Under the pieces are notes generated by a model. It searched no databases and was not told the DNA's origin. It saw only the letters and a list, made by a program, of their open reading frames with translations. From Raillietiella orientalis (taxonomy: Eukaryota): a DNA stretch of 64,000 nt. Below, piece by piece: positions 35,901 through 50,659 of the stretch. The position numbers and the translations under genes are program-made. The stretch spans positions 248,001 through 312,000 of the forward strand of contig JAYWIR010000057.1 in NCBI GenBank assembly GCA_036172245.1. The letters run 5' to 3'. Within the stretch, counting starts at the first letter, position 1; every line of letters starts with the position of its first letter.

Positions 35901-37509
35901 GCGTTTCCCAGAGAAAGTTGCGTTTTCCTCGAGGGTCGAGCGGTGGCTCATTTTCCACACGCGGTTGTCCGTCATCCGACTTTCCGGCTCGTCTTCTTCA
36001 TCCAGCAGTGACACGACAGACGTCTGTAGGGGGTGCGTAATCTCTCAAATCGATACAGTCTGAAGAATGGTTCGTCTTTCCAGCACGTTGCGTCTATCCC
36101 AGACAACGGCATCTGCTGCGAAATTCTTAACGAAATTTGCTCTATGAATCTCCCTGGTCTTCGCCTCCAAAATAGATCCACACTGAGAGGGTCTGCAAAC
36201 AAGGGAACTGCATTCCATGGGCTCTTGAAACCTCGTGCTGCTTCTGCTTCGTGCCACAAGATCGGTTTCCTTGGTTCCATAAGCAAAGATGCAATGTACC
36301 ACGTCTGATGTGCAATGCGCCCTGCGTCGAAGGGTCGTGAAATGGACGAAGACCAGGTTCACTCAGTTTCCATTTCTATTCTGCCTCGTACACGCACAAG
36401 TGAATGTACATACGTGCTTTCCCAAAAAGCCCTTCTGAGCTTCAAGACCAAATGACCTTTACGGAAACGATCCAAATCGTTATCTTCTTACTCAGAAAAC
36501 TTTGTAGCTGTGAAAAAATTCCTCTCAGATTTCAGTTCGCAAAAGGATAGCCATCCTCCTCTTGATATTTAGAAGCAGCAGCAAAGACAGAAAAGCACTG
36601 CGCACACTAAAGTGCTGCAGCCCTTCGTCGTTGCACGAAAACACTCAAATAGGCTTGTGCGTCTCTCACAGCAAGCACCGGAAAACCTTAGGTTTACGTA
36701 TATCGTGTATTCAAGGAAAGGATTGTATTTCCACTTCAGTGAATGTGAATGGACACAAAGGGCATGGATGCACGCGTCACGGCGAATTCCCACCGTGTCA
36801 TGGACCCTGCAGGTACACACAAGGAGAGCACTTTCGAATCCTTTCAATCCTTCGGAAGCAATCTTGAGCCCATATTCCACGCGATTGGGCGAACCGTTCG
36901 CTTCTGAAGGTCCTTAGATTCAACGCTCCTCCCTCATTACAAATAGAGGAAAGAGGGAAGACTTCCAGAAAGAGGGAAAAGTTCCCCTTGTATGGTGAAT
37001 GCGGTTCCTTCCAGAAAACAACGTCCAAGCAGGCTCGGCTGCATTAGTGCGAGACCATCCCGTCCAGCGTATTCACCTCATGTGTGTGGGTGTTTCCGGA
37101 GGTTCCTCTAAGACGAGGTGTACAGAGCAAAAGTCAAGCACAGAGCTGGAAGGCTGGAAGTACTGTTCTCAGGGAACGAAAGGGTCATTTGCTGACGTGC
37201 ATGCGCCACCCAAGTAGACTGATGTGGTTAGATGGTGTGCCGTGAGTAATTAGGACCAGGTGTCCTGGCACTCCGTGTTTGTCTCCATTTGTCTCAATTT
37301 GTATTTATCAGCCCAACGTCCTCCTGCCGACCTCTTAAAGGATTTATGGACACATCGAGACTACTAATAGAACTGAATGCTGCGTTTGCTTCTACGACAC
37401 ACATTGAATTTGTCAGACGGAACGGAAAGATGCGACCTCACACGTGGGTGGAGACAGCACAATCCGTGGGAGCAATGACGCTGGCATTGCCTCCAACAAA
37501 CGCGCGATG

Positions 37510-38234
37510 CCCGTGTTGGCGCGGCCATGGTCTCCGTGCGTGGCACCAAGCGTCGAATCCCGCCCTCGAGGAAGGAACGACGCCGAGAACGGGTGGTGAG
37601 TCGCGGGTTTTGAGTACCTCCGCAAGATGACGCTGGTTGGCCTTACAGCCTTCGGGTGCGGCATTGGTGGAGTCCGGAAACCGGATGCCCCCCGCTGACG
37701 GGCAGTGATTGAGAGTGGACTCCGGGGTCCTTCCAGGAATCAAGGAGCCCTTCGAGGTTCCCTCCTGTTGTGAAAGTGGAGCCGTACAGTAATATCATGG
37801 AGATGGTTGATACCCCACTCGGGGGTTGGTTGCCTCTCCAGAGTGTTAATAAGCGCGCCGCTCCCTTCGGGGAGCGGACCCTTCAGAGAAATTGGGAGGC
37901 GTCCCATGCGGGGTCTCTTCAGAGAAATAAACCAGGAGCGGTTCCTTTGCGGGTTCTCTTCGGTGGGGAAGAGTTCGGAGACAACCAGGGTGGAGGCTTC
38001 CCTCCGGAACTTCCTCCCAAGAGTGCGAGAGGAACGGACTCCTTCCTCCACAGCCTTCCTGGATTCATGGGTGGTCCCCTCCCAGAGTACTATCTAACTA
38101 AAAGAGTCAACAGGCACCCTCGGGTGGCATGGGCGGAGTTAAAGGGCACGGTGAGCCCCCCCTGAGGAGGCGAATGGCTCCTCAGTACTCCCTGAGAACC
38201 AGGAAAAGAAAAACTCGAAAAAAAAAAAAAAAAA
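37510..38234 (+). mobile_element. SINE-like family, copy B (near full length, degenerate tRNA-like head, A-rich tail)
   Basis: Head GTTGGCGCGGCC...GTCGAATCCC. The body is shared with copies A and C. It ends in an A-rich/poly(A) stretch at 38204-38234. Confidence 0.75.
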
Positions 38235-41200
38235 CTAGCTGGAAGGAAAGCGTCGAAAGCGGGAGAACCCCAAAGGATTTTCATCCCCAGTAATGATCTC
38301 TTCGTGAGCTTGTTACTGAATTTAAAAAAAATTAAAACAGCAAACATAAAATAAATAAAAACAACAACAACAGCAAAATGCGCTCATTCGTTGGTAGTCG
38401 TCGGGGCGGTCTGCTTGGCTGAGAGGCACTCTGTGTGAAGGTAGCTGAGGGTCGGGAGGGGCGAGCGCCCGGTTTTGCGGTTTTGAACACTCGCGTATGG
38501 CGGAATCCACACCGGAGGCGCGAAGCGGCTCCGAGATGGCTCGCCGGGAACCGGGAAGGAGTCAAGCAGTCACGGGTCTGCCCGAAGGCGCCGCAGGTCT
38601 TCTATGCGAACGAACTCACGGCCGGCGACATCCGTCACGGCCGCGAGGCGGCTCAAGGACTACCCCTCGAGAAGGAGGTCGCGGAACAGTCCCAATGCCT
38701 TCCCAGCTCCTTGCGCCGCTCGAAGGATCGGGAGCAAAACGGAGAGCAGGGAAAACAAAGACAGAAGGAGCGGGAAAGAGTAGCTATCCCGTTTCCAGGA
38801 TGCGCATGACGCCGACAGGGGTCCCGGAGCCGGGCGTACAAGAAGCATCCGCATCCTGAAAAGTCCCAGCCTTTGTAGCTCGAAGGGTAAGTTTTCTCGG
38901 GACAGGGGAAAGGACGAGGAGGAAGCTTTCTGCGAAGCCGGGATGGCAGGCACGCCAGCAGTCACTCCCGTTTCGGATTGGCTTTGCCCCGGGAAACTAT
39001 TTCGGCCGCCTCCCTCCATCCGCGCAGAGTTTCTGCTTTCCTTCACAGCAAGGGAAGAGCCAAGAAAACCGAAAAATCAAGGGATGAAGAAGTAAACATT
39101 TGGGTGGAATAAGCTGGAGCCATTTCTCCCACGGCGAATGGGAACAGGGAGAAGGAAACTGGCAGGGAAGCGGCGAAACAAAACATCCAGGGGGCTGGGA
39201 GAGGGCTTCACTGAGACAGCACTCATGACAGCACTCTTCTTAGAAGCCGTGCCCTCAGGGCAAGACGAAATGAGTAGGCTGCGAAGTTTGCTGGACAGGT
39301 CTGGTGACTGCAATGAGTTACATCTTCAGGGTGGGTGCCTGGATCGTGCGAGGAGCTCGCATGGAAGAGCAGTTGCTCAGTCTAGGCAACTCTGCTTGCT
39401 TCGGAAACTAGAGCCGCTTTCACTTTCTAAGAAATGGTTGCCGTGACGATTCCTCCGAGGGGAAACAACTGCCGAATGATGATCGGTGTGGATGATCTAA
39501 TGTTTCCGAAGAGGAAGACATCTCTTGCATGCCTAAAAGAAAACCTGCAATGAACCAAGGGATAGACATCATTGGATTCTGAAGCATTCAGGAATCACAG
39601 GGACGTTGCCGTTGAAGACGAGGATCACTCTGTCCGCAGACAGGAGGCCGAAATAGGAAGATCTTCTTCTCCTGATCGAGACCGAAAAATGTCATGGGAA
39701 AAGATGGCAAACCAGCGAGAGTGCGAGATGCCAATCCCTTTTCCAGACAAATCCTTGTGCAAGCCTTCTCCTCTGAGGAGAAGAGCAGAAAAAGGGAGAA
39801 TCAGCAAGGAACCGCAAGTTTTTCCTCGAAGGCCAAGGGGATGGGAAGAAAATCCGAGAGGAATTTGTAAAGATCGGTGTGGTTGCTGCAGGCCTTCTGC
39901 ATCTGGTCTCGCACTGGTTTTTCGAACCAACCATTTCATCAGTTTGAGAGCGCAACCGCGGGTGCATCTTTTCTAGGATGCCGCTTTGCAGCCATGAATG
40001 TGGAAGCTGTAACTTTCTCTCAGTGGTCCAGAAATAGAAGGTGCTACCACATGATAGGTGGTGGTCACGTTGCGATGAAAATTTCCTGATGTAAAGTGAA
40101 AAAAAAATAAAAATAAAGCAAAGAGATGAGAAGCAACTCTTCACCGTCGAATGCTGTGGGGAAGAAGATGCATACCTGAACGGGTACCCAAGGGCAGTGA
40201 TTGGAGACTGCAGAAAGGGAGTCACAGGAGTCACGAAACGTTTGAGCCGAAACGCCGAGCGGATGAGGGGGGAGGAGGTGTGGTTTCATTGGAAAGACGT
40301 GACAACTAGGTTCGGGCTTGAGGTCTCACGTGCGACAGTTGATAAAGATCCAAACGAGTGAAAATCGGTTCGTCAGTGGCAGAAATTCCAATGGAACTCC
40401 CGGTTTCCAGGCACGGAAGAAGCCAAGAAAGTATCGGACTGCAAAGTCTGTGAAACGAGAAGAAAACTCGGAATTTGAAGAGAGCATGAAATCAGGCAGC
40501 AAGGAGGAAAGACGAAGACCACTCCAGTTACTCTTTCCTAGGAAACAAAGAAGACGATTTGTGGTGGGCAGGTCCATGGTTCCGGGGGGACCTAGAAACA
40601 GAAATGGCGCGATGATTATTGCTATGGTCATGCTACCGATGTGCTTTTGGTGAGCGTGATCATCCTGCTGGTGCCGTCATCGAGAGAGAATGATGGTTCA
40701 TGAGCTAAGCTCTTCGGGAACCAGAGGGGATGTCCACTGTAGGTGTCAGGTCGTCAGAGAACTCACTGTGATTCCTTTCTTCCTTCACCATCCAGCTGCT
40801 CTCGCAGGCGATTCCCAGCATTATTTCGGCTTTGATGAAGTCCGTCCAAGAAAAGGCTGGATGGACGCTGCATCTGCGAAGATAATTATCGTGCCTCTCT
40901 GTGCCTTTCTTCCTTGACTGAGGTGCTAATCGAGGCTTCAGGCAGAGGCAAGAATCAGAACACTCCGCGGACATCTAAGAAACACGCTGAAACACAGGTC
41001 TTCTTTGGTTACAATAGGAAATCAACTCATTCTGTAGCCACCGACCCAAAAGTGGCTCATCTCATAGTCCCATGAGCTTGGTCATCCATTTGCACAACGA
41101 TCCAGTCTTGCGTCTCGAGAAAATTCTGAAACGGCGGAAGATTTTTAGGATCAGCATCCACTCCATTCGTTGGTGGATGGCAGTTCCACTTTTACCAGCA

Positions 41201-44200
41201 ATGGTGGTTGTAAATTACTCACTTGATGAGATACTACATAAGAGATGTTTTCACAGATTTCCATTCTGAGATGAAAAAAAAAAAAAAAGTCGTTTTCGAT
41301 TTGCCCTACGGGTGCTTTCCATCTTCGGTTTCTCCTCCTTTCCGCATATTCATAAGAAAATGAAAGGAAACAACGTGCGATTTCATTCGGAAAGTGATGA
41401 TCAGATCAGCACATGAACGCACTGGTCCAAGGATGAAAGATTTGAAAGCCGTAGAAGAAGGAGGAAAACCCATTCGTTTTCGACGCATTTTAGCGTGTAA
41501 AATCACTTCATGTTTTAGAATTTAACCGGAAAAAATCCTTTGAAATCAATGTATCAGAATGAACATAAAAGAAACTTTCCAAGCGCTCCAAAAACTGTTG
41601 GGAGCTCGGAAGGGAGAAGCCAAAGACCAGCAAAACATCTCGCTTCCTTCTCTTTTAGCTGTGTTTATCAAACATCAATTTATCAGCGTGCTGAGAACGG
41701 TGCGGATTCTGCCGTTGTCACGGACAGAGGAGAGTGCATTTCAGTGCACTTGGATTCCTCATTACTAATGCTTGGCCATGTTTCAAGTTCCTATTTAAGC
41801 GAGTCGTTTGAGGTTTTTTGGCATCTGTAGAATTTTAGATGCCAAATGTTTCATTTGAAGGCACAAAAGCATCAAAGTATCATTAATTTGGAAATCGAAT
41901 CGGTCCTTCCATTCACGTTTGCCATTCCGTTTCTTTCAGTCTTCTCACGTTCGATCAGACAGTAATAAATGGCTTTCAGGAGAGGAAGATCATGGACCAG
42001 GACGAATACCCGCTCGCCTGCGCTTCGTAATTCTAGCGTCCTCTGCGTTTTCCTATTTCCTTTTTAGATGGTGTGGCTTCGCTTACCTGTGGATTTTCGA
42101 AATGGCGAGTTTAATAACTCAGATGGGATCGAAATCATAAAAACAAAAGGCAGTCGCGGTCTGCACCTTTCTCTTTCTACTTGGCTCGGAGATGAACTCC
42201 AATTTCCATGATCTTCCGAATATAACCTTTTTTTTCCGAAGATCTAGAGGAATCTGTGGAAAGTTCTGTAAAACTTGGAATTTTGCCTTCACAGACCCGA
42301 TATTCCTAAATTTAACCACTGACTGTACTCTTCGAGAATGTTCTAGACACGGGTGATCTAGGAAAAAACGCATCCTTCAGTTCCACTGAGCATCTCCCCC
42401 CTCTTCCAAAATTGCGAGCCACAAAGAACTGGACAGTCGCCACCACCGGTCCCAATCTCTCGGGCTTACATTCCGCGTCACTTTCTGAGCGTCGGGTGAT
42501 CCTGAAGAACGAATCTGTGCCTGCTAAAGTTGCTCGCGAGGACTTCAGGAAAGTTCTTTCATCAGCTGATCGTTTGGGATTGCATTTCTTTTCCTGCTCT
42601 TGTCGTGACCTTTGGCTTGCAATACGCGACTTCTGCGGAACTCGCCCGATCAATTCTTCAAGTTAGGACGTAAGGCGAATGCATTTCTCTATTGGAAAAG
42701 AGAGGGGAAAAAAAGGACATACCACTTCCTCAAGTCCTGCGTAGCCTTCGGCGCTTTTCAGGAAGAGAGCCGAACTAATTATTCAGGATGGAGTTAGGAG
42801 GCCGAGGCGAATTCATCTTCGGAGTGTGCCAAAAGAAGGAAAACTAGCAACGGCTGATGGAGAGAGAGAGAGAGGAAGGAACTGCTGTAAGCAGGAACCA
42901 AAAGAAAGGAGCAGTCCGTTGTGTATCAGGAACTGCAGCTCGTATCTTTCCCGAGAGCATCTCGTCTCTGAGCGCCGGTGAAACCAAGCGATCGGAATTG
43001 CCATAGCAGTGCTTCCCAAGCCGTGCAGCATGACTGGTTGCTGGGGCGAGCAAGGTGCTGTGGAAGACTCAGACAGATAAGGGAATCCCCGGTATCGGTG
43101 AGAGACGCACCCTCTTCTGGGAACCATTCTTCCGTGTTTCCCTTCATGCCCCTCAAAGCACAAAGGAAAACATGCTATTTATAGGCATCGCTGTTGTCCC
43201 CTAAAATTTACCAAGCTATTCGGAAGATGAAATTCGCGAAATGTCTCGGCACATGACCACTTTGGTTGCCAAGCATCGATCGAATGAATTCACTGGAACC
43301 TTCCGAAGGCTAGCGTCGTACCGTCAGGTGTCGTGCACGGCTTCGGGAAACACTTCCTCTACACTGTCAGTCGATGGAGATCAAACACACCTGCTGCTTT
43401 CAGGAAGGAAAGTTGAGGAATCTTTGAGCGCAGATGCGTGCTGAACCGAAGGAAGCACCAGGGCCGTTTTTGCGACTCGCAACGCTAGTGCTGGTGCTTC
43501 AGGGAATCCACGACCAGAGTACCGGAACAGAGGTCCCGTTCGCAACACCGCCGCGAGATGCGTCCCGAAAAGATTTGAAGCTTCTTGGATAGTGCTACGT
43601 GTAGGCCGAACCAGAGTTTGGTTTCTAAAGAGAAGGCGGACTTTGAAGCGGCGGCGCTGGAGGGGCTACGCGGGAAGAAGATGAGTGACACCAACGCAGA
43701 TGGCAGATAGACTGGCGACGTTCGAATGCGTGAGGAGATTCCTGCTTACCTTGGAAGATTCTTAGGCACATTAATGAGAGTCAGGGTACGTCGGCCATGC
43801 TGGTATCCTTGTTTTCTTGCCAGAGAAAGAAGCACTGTACCCCGAGACAAGAATCGTTTTGCTTCTTCGCATTTCTTGAGCGTCGTACCAGGTAGGGGAA
43901 GGCTCCCAACCTTCACATGGTAGAAAAGTGTCCAAAAGTAGATCTGTGAACCCCCAAGGGAACAGCTAGTGGGAGGGCTTTCGAAGTTCCAATGGTTTTC
44001 TGTAGGGAAAGGTTGAAATGGGGAGTGGGTGTATGTTAAAGTGGGAGCAGTATAAGATCCTCTGAAATCCGCGGAAAGAGCGCATTGTCACAGTCCTTCA
44101 CGGACGGTTTACCGTCACTCCTTCTGTCACACATGACGAACGTCACAAGCTACATAAAAGGGATTCATCATTCCTCGTACTCCTCGTTCCGGAGAAGGAT

Positions 44201-45144
44201 GAAAAGCTGATGAACGGAAGCGACAAGAAAGCGTCAGCTGCCCGTCCAAGTGATTTATTTTTCCATTTTTTTTTTTCATCTTCAGATGCCCGAAAAACCC
44301 TTAATCTTGCCAGTCTCGTTACATCAGGAGCGGTCAGATGGTCTCTCCATTTTCTGACTCGGCATCTGCTTACAAACATGTTTCCAAGCAACGGAGTGTA
44401 GTGGTTCACTTGCAGGGAGTTCCCTGTCTCCAATGCCGAAGACAGTCTTGGAAGCGATTCGAAATTTGAATTGCTACTCGCAGTCGCTGGCATTTGCTAG
44501 GACCAGTTTCATTACCGAGATGATGTTGGCAGCATTCGAGCATTAGCTTCGCAGTTGTGCAAATTTCCCATGGACGTTCTCAATCCTTCTGCACCTTCGG
44601 CTGATATCCGCCCACTCAAGACGCATTCTTTCGAATCTCAATATCTGCTTCGCTCGCCATCAGACCATCTCATCAGCATTCGCTGATTTTCAAGCGCTCT
44701 GCCCTGCTGCTTATTCCGTCATTGGCAGGTGCCTAGCATCGGAAAAGTAGCACCCTTTGCCTCTCTAGATGCGTCCGTATCTCCGTTCACGGTTTATGAA
44801 AGGTGCAGCAAACCCCATGTGTCCCCTGGCGGCGGGGGAGAAATGCATTTGTTCTTCTGCGAGACTTCTCGAACTCATTTGTCGCATTCTGTTTCGAGGT
44901 GGTTCTGGAAGGTCTTCTCCAGACCACGTTCTCTGCGGCGCCACGTGGTCGAGCGGCGCCCGCCCCACCGCAGTTTTTTCATTCCCCTGTTCTCTCATCC
45001 GTCCCTCGCTGTCCAGCTGGTCCAGCTGCATGTCCTGTTCTTCCATGCTGACAGGGTCTCATGGTTTCCCAGTTCTGATGTTTTCCGTCACAGGATGGTC
45101 TTGAAAAATCACTGAACGCACACCTCAAGGCGAGGAGGAACTGG

Positions 45145-45600
45145 ATTCAAAATCCCCAAGGATCTTGAAAATAAATGCATATGTTTATTCCATATGTATT
45201 CATACGCAGCTTAGTGTGCAAATTTATTTGAACATGCATATTTATTAACATACTTATCATCAATAGTAGTGCTATTTTAGCAAATATATTTATTTTTTAT
45301 TACCTTTAAATACATATATTAACAGACATTATTAAGTACATTAACAAATACGTACATTGAAATGAATTTGTATAGAAATTGTACATCAATATGCATAATA
45401 GGCATGTATATTTATTTTTTTTGTAATCTTTAGGACATATATTTATATACAAATATCTTGATATATAATAAGCATATCACAAATTATATTCCTATCAATA
45501 ATGTGTATATCAATAATAAATATGTATGTTAAAATAAATTTGCATCTTGATCCATAAAACCGTATGCATTTATGTTTTATGGTTTTCGGGGTTTTGACTG
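45145..45600. mobile_element. AT-rich fold-back/MITE-like element
   Basis: Sharply bounded AT-rich island with nested inverted repeats: 45171-45181/45563-45573 (11/11) and 45217-45246/45515-45544 (28/30). Outer TCAAAATCCCC/GGGGTTTTGA. Confidence 0.65.
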
Positions 45601-48199
45601 GCACTGGCGTGGAGAAGATAACGTGAAGTCTTTGCGCGTGGGGGATGCCTCACGTTTGAGAAGGAATCCATCATCAGACGTGACACCGAGCAATCGTGCA
45701 GTAAACGGCCCGGTCAGAATCCATGCCAACGTACTCACCCCAGGAAACCAGGCGACCAGGTCTCTTTCCACACTTGTTTGATTTCGAATGTGCACCCAGC
45801 CGTTACGTTTTTCTTCCTGTTCCTCTGCTGTGGACCTTCGATGTTGCCAGACACCATGGGGATATTTAAAAAAAAAGTTGGTCCAGTGCTTCCTGCCGCG
45901 AAACTCCTGCCGGTTGTCGACACACCAAGTGGTCTTCTGCATCCATTCGCCTTACGTGCGTTCAGTTTGACGGCAGCTCTTTCTGGAACTCAAGCAAAGT
46001 TGTGCAGGTGAGGATAGGAAGGCCGAGATCTTTACTGATTGTCATGGAGCTTTCCACGCCTCTTCCTGTGTTCTTCTTGTCTTCTTACCTTAGCTTTAGG
46101 TGCGAGTGTGAACAGGGCTGAGTGAGGCGTCAACCGTATCCCTGGATGCATCTTATGTACATAACACACCTTTCTGGTTCCAGCGTCGACATCGTTCTCC
46201 TGGTTCGTTCGAACCGAAGAGCCTGCATCGCTCGTATCCAAGTCTTCTCGCACCCATCCATCCACTGAAATCTGCCTCAGGTGGGTTTCAGATTACAGTG
46301 CAGAGAAATGGCGGCTTGCCACAATGGAACCACATCCGATCAGGACCGAAGTTCTCCTGCGAAGACTTCACGGGAGTGGCGGCATTTGGTTTGATATGAA
46401 GCCACTTGCAAGGCATCCTTCTCCGACTGGGTTTTCCTCCCTTCCTCCCATAGAAGAAAAATATACAAACTGCAAGGCTGTCGTGTTTTTGGGGGAGGCC
46501 ACGGAGGAAAAAGATGGCTGAGCAATTAGCACCTCAGCACCTGCAGGTGACCTATCCCATGTTTGAAAATTCACGGTCTAAAGGCGAAAACGAGGGAAAA
46601 ATCTGTTACGATTGCAAAGATTCTTGCCGGCTTGCACGCCATGACCAAGATGGAAGAGGATCCACCCTCTGGATTTCGGGAAGAGATGAAGAACAGGCAA
46701 TAAAGAACGACAATCCTTTCCTACACCTCGGAGAAGCTTTGGTTGCAGTGTCAGAAAATGCCAAGGCTGGCACCGAGGGCACGCTGGTTGAGATGCAGTT
46801 CTCTTTCTCAAACCTGCGTCATTACGTTGCGCCGGGGTCGAGAAAGGGAGTTTTGAAATCAAATTGCCATCTCAACTCATAAAAGAGAGATAAAAGGATG
46901 ACGTGTTTTTAGAATTTTTCGAGGGAATGAGGTGTACCGGAAACTTCGCAGTAACGACCTCATGCAAGGCATAAATCTTCTCGGTGAATTTCTTATTTAG
47001 CAAAGCTCATTATTTATCCCGAAAGCTTAATCTAAACAAATATCAATTTGAACACAAGTACTGGCTTAAAAATAGCTTCAAGAGATGATTCGATTGAGCA
47101 CATATGCATCTTCGATGACTGAGATAAAGAACACGGGGAAATTTCTGTATAGAAATCTCGGGAATGATTCATCAAGAGCTCTGGAAGGAGCATCACTCCC
47201 GAGAGATATTATAGGTGGTGCTCTGTAAACAGAATCTGTGATTTATCTAATCTGAACCTCCGTATTACGTCAGCGCCTTTTTTTTTTCTTTTTTTTTTTT
47301 TAGAGCTCCAAGGAGCCTATAAAATCTTATTTATTACGAAATTTCTGGGGAAAACGAAAGTGAATAACTAACACACTGTAGAGAGATAGTTGAAAATATC
47401 GAAGCGCACTCGGACATTGCAGAGAAATCTGCAGGGAAATTTTCCCGCAGCCAGAGAGGATGACGTGTCAATTTGTGCTAGGCGTTTGAGTGGGGCCGTG
47501 GATCTCTTGAGCGTCTTGTGCTATGAGCAAGGTTTCAGCCTGGCATGCGAGTTTACTGCTGCGGTTCGAGAAGAGCGACTACCCACCTCCCACCGCAACC
47601 CTTCTAAAGAACCAGAGGACTGCAGCCTAAGAATCGACTCGAGTGTTCTTTCAGCGGCGCGCTAGTGAGGGCGCGCCCTCGAACACCGTGGGGCATGAGG
47701 GCACAGGAGCGAGGCGGCGCTCCGTTCAGGTGGCATCCCAATTCTTTCTGCTTCCCTCATTCTCGCAAAGGAGAACGGGATGCTTTCTGGTTCGGTCTAG
47801 ACGCTTCGCAAGATAAAGCGAAGCGTCCAGACTGAACCAGAGAGCGACATTGCGAACTGATGCCGAGCAGGACTGCTGCTGGAATTTCGAGAAAATTCCT
47901 TGTTCCCGTAAGCATCGTGTCGAATTCCTACTCCCCCCCAACGAGTCTCTGCTTTATTTCTAGCGGCCAGTGCTCGCTTCGAACAAAGGCGCGTCTCTTT
48001 TTTGTCTTTGTGCGGATGGTGTCCTTGCTTTGCTTTCCATCTCACACTTGCATCATAGGCGAAAGTACCCTTCCGGGACAGCATGCATCTCTGCGGATTC
48101 TCAACGTGACGAATCCTTTTGAATTCGGAAATCCCCTTTTCAAACCTCAGACCTTATCCAGGGGTCCATTCTTTTGCATTTGCTGCTGCTCGATGACTC

Positions 48200-48460
48200 C
48201 TTAAGTCTGCCGGTTCACCAGCGGGTTCAGCTTACCAATTAGGCCAAGGGAGATGATGTACTTCGTGCAATCCAGGCTCCTCATACTTGATGCCCACAAG
48301 TATGAAAGAATTTCTAACTCAACACCCAAGAGAATAGTCGGATGCCAGGAGCTAGGTGTTCTCGTGTGTCGGATGGTAATCCAGATGAAATGCACCAATG
48401 CGCAGGATCCTTGAGAAGATGGCCAGTCGGGGCTCAAGTATATCTCCATAGACGGAAGTC
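48200..48460 (-). mobile_element. Possible decayed gypsy-like integrase fragment
   Basis: ...PTILLGVELEILSYLW...LGLIGKLNPLVNRQT resembles the P..IVSDRD..F.S.FW...LG.KL...HPQTDGQTE integrase core. Confidence 0.3.
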
Positions 48461-50049
48461 AGGAACGAAATTATCTGTCCATACAAGATAACCTGGGTAC
48501 AAATGTAGGCCATGTTTGTTGCTGACTGGTGGCATTGAAGGAACCGAAAGCCTCCTCGAGAGCTGCGTTTCTTACAGAAAACTCAGGAACTCTAGAGTGC
48601 AGAATTCGAAGCAACTGGCAATCCCAAAGATAAACTGCTGACTACCTTGACCGCAAACCGTTAACTGGTGATTTATCACCATTGGAACCCTTAGTAATGT
48701 GGAATATCTGTATGCTGGATGTTTTTTTCTTCTTCCTTGAAGGAAGCATTGGGGGAAGACGAGGAAGACGACCCTTCAGTGGTTTCCAGCGACCAGCAAG
48801 AAAGCACCAGAGCGAGCAAGAGATCAACGCTTCCATTCCAATGGAATTCGCTGCCCTGTTAGCCTGACGATGTTTCCAGGGGGCAAGTTCGTCGCAGTAC
48901 CGCGTTAAAAGAATGGCTTCCCGAGGTCAGAACTTTTCAAAATTCCGTTGGAGCTTCACCTGGAGTTCATTAGCGGTCTTTCCTTTTTTGGCACGCTTGA
49001 AAAGCGACCAAAAAAGGATGCTGAACCTTAGACTGAGTCATTGAAAGAGACGAATAAGTTGAGCAGTTGTTGGGGCGAAACGATGAATAAGAGAACTCTG
49101 CATTTTGTCCAGATAGCGGTCCGATTCTCGACAAGAAGGGGGATTCCAGGAAACAAAAAAAATGGCGGCCAGCAACACAAATGCAACTATGGAAACAAAA
49201 ACGTGTCATTGTGAGGGTCTCCAGGTAGTTTCGTTTGGGCGTGTATGTTACTGGGCGTCCGCAGCGGAGACGCACAACGGAAGGCAAAAACCTACGCAAA
49301 AGATCTTCGCATTTTCACATTTCGGGTAGCAAGGTTCTTTGTGATTTCAACCACACAACCATTTGACAAAGCAGGACTTTCGGCAATGCCAGATCCCATC
49401 TAGAATTTCCCAGTCCCATCCAACTCCGCTAGCTTGAACGAGGAAGGCTCGATTTGAACATTCAGGAACATTGCTGTCGCGTGGGAATTTTCAGAAATTT
49501 CCCAGCTGGAAGCCATAAACAGCAAAACACTTCACTCGCACTCTAGTGTACTCGAGGAAGTGTTTTTTTTTTTTTGTTGTTGTTTGGTTTCAAGCAGTCT
49601 GTCGTTACTCGATCGGATTTCGTCCTCATCTGTTGCGTTGCAGCAGGAGGAAAACAAGGCAGCGTTTGGGCGTCCCAGAGATGGCGGGAGCTTGCAAAGA
49701 TTCAAATAGAAACCACGAACAAAAAAACAGGTCAGAGTAGCACTAAAGAGTAAAAGGCGAAGTGCACGCTCATATCCGTGACATCTTGTCTGACTTAAAG
49801 ATTCGATTTATAATAAAATTACAACGGCTATTTCTAAATCGGCCCGTGGTCTTGCATGTTTATGCCCTGCCACCTGTTGCCACCTTCCCCATAATTCGCC
49901 AGCCATGTGGGGTCGCTCAAATTTACTGTGAATTGTTCCCCAAATCGCAAATACATTCCCCGAATCATCTCGACGCAAGACCGTTGGCCACTTGCGAATT
50001 ACCCGCGTTGCTGAGATCACTGCAATTCTTAGACCGCAGAAACTTCTTT

Positions 50050-50650
50050 CGTTTGAATCCGATCGTGCTGAAGGCAGCATCTTCAAACTTCCAGAATAAA
50101 TCCTGAACAACCGTCCCCACTGCCAGCGGCTCTCGATATTTCGTTTTCTTTCAGACGTGGAAGACAGCAACAGAACAACTGATGCTGATGAAGTAAAAGT
50201 CATCCGGAAATTCAATCTCGAGCCTGTGCGAGGTCAAACTTTGCACTTTCACCTGGACGATTCAGCATCCAGCTGCTGCTGTTTTTGTTGCCGGAAAAAT
50301 GGAAAGCAAGGAACTCCTTGAACAAGATTGGATATGTGCGCCTATCATCTTCTGGTTACGGCACAAGTAGTTTAGGTCGAGCCTTAGCAAAATTGGTTGG
50401 CAATGTTCGACCGTCCCAACTGTGTTGGTTGCAAGAGCAGCCAACACAGTGGAAATAGAACTTGAACTCTATTCACTTAACGAATCTTCCATCCTTTCTC
50501 TGCTAAGTTGTAGATATACTACCAGCAGCCTGAACGCAGCAAATCTGTACTTCACGGCTGCATTCCAGTTATCGCAGTCGGCGTCATTCCACATTGTACA
50601 ATGGGCTCCTCATTCAAGTACAATCAAATTAGATTTCTTTAGAATGCTTT
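50050..50650 (-). mobile_element. Possible decayed BEL/Pao integrase C-terminal remnant
   Basis: VVLLL...SRWQWGRLFRIYSGSLKMLPSAR resembles the BEL/Pao VLL...PR..W.LGRI...PG.DG.VR.A motif. It is adjacent to SINE copy C. Confidence 0.35.
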
Positions 50651-50659
50651 AGTCTATTT

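Noticed and set aside
41817..41846. 10-bp inverted repeat TTTGGCATCT/AGATGCCAAA
   Set aside because: Short and isolated, close to chance expectation for a window of this size.
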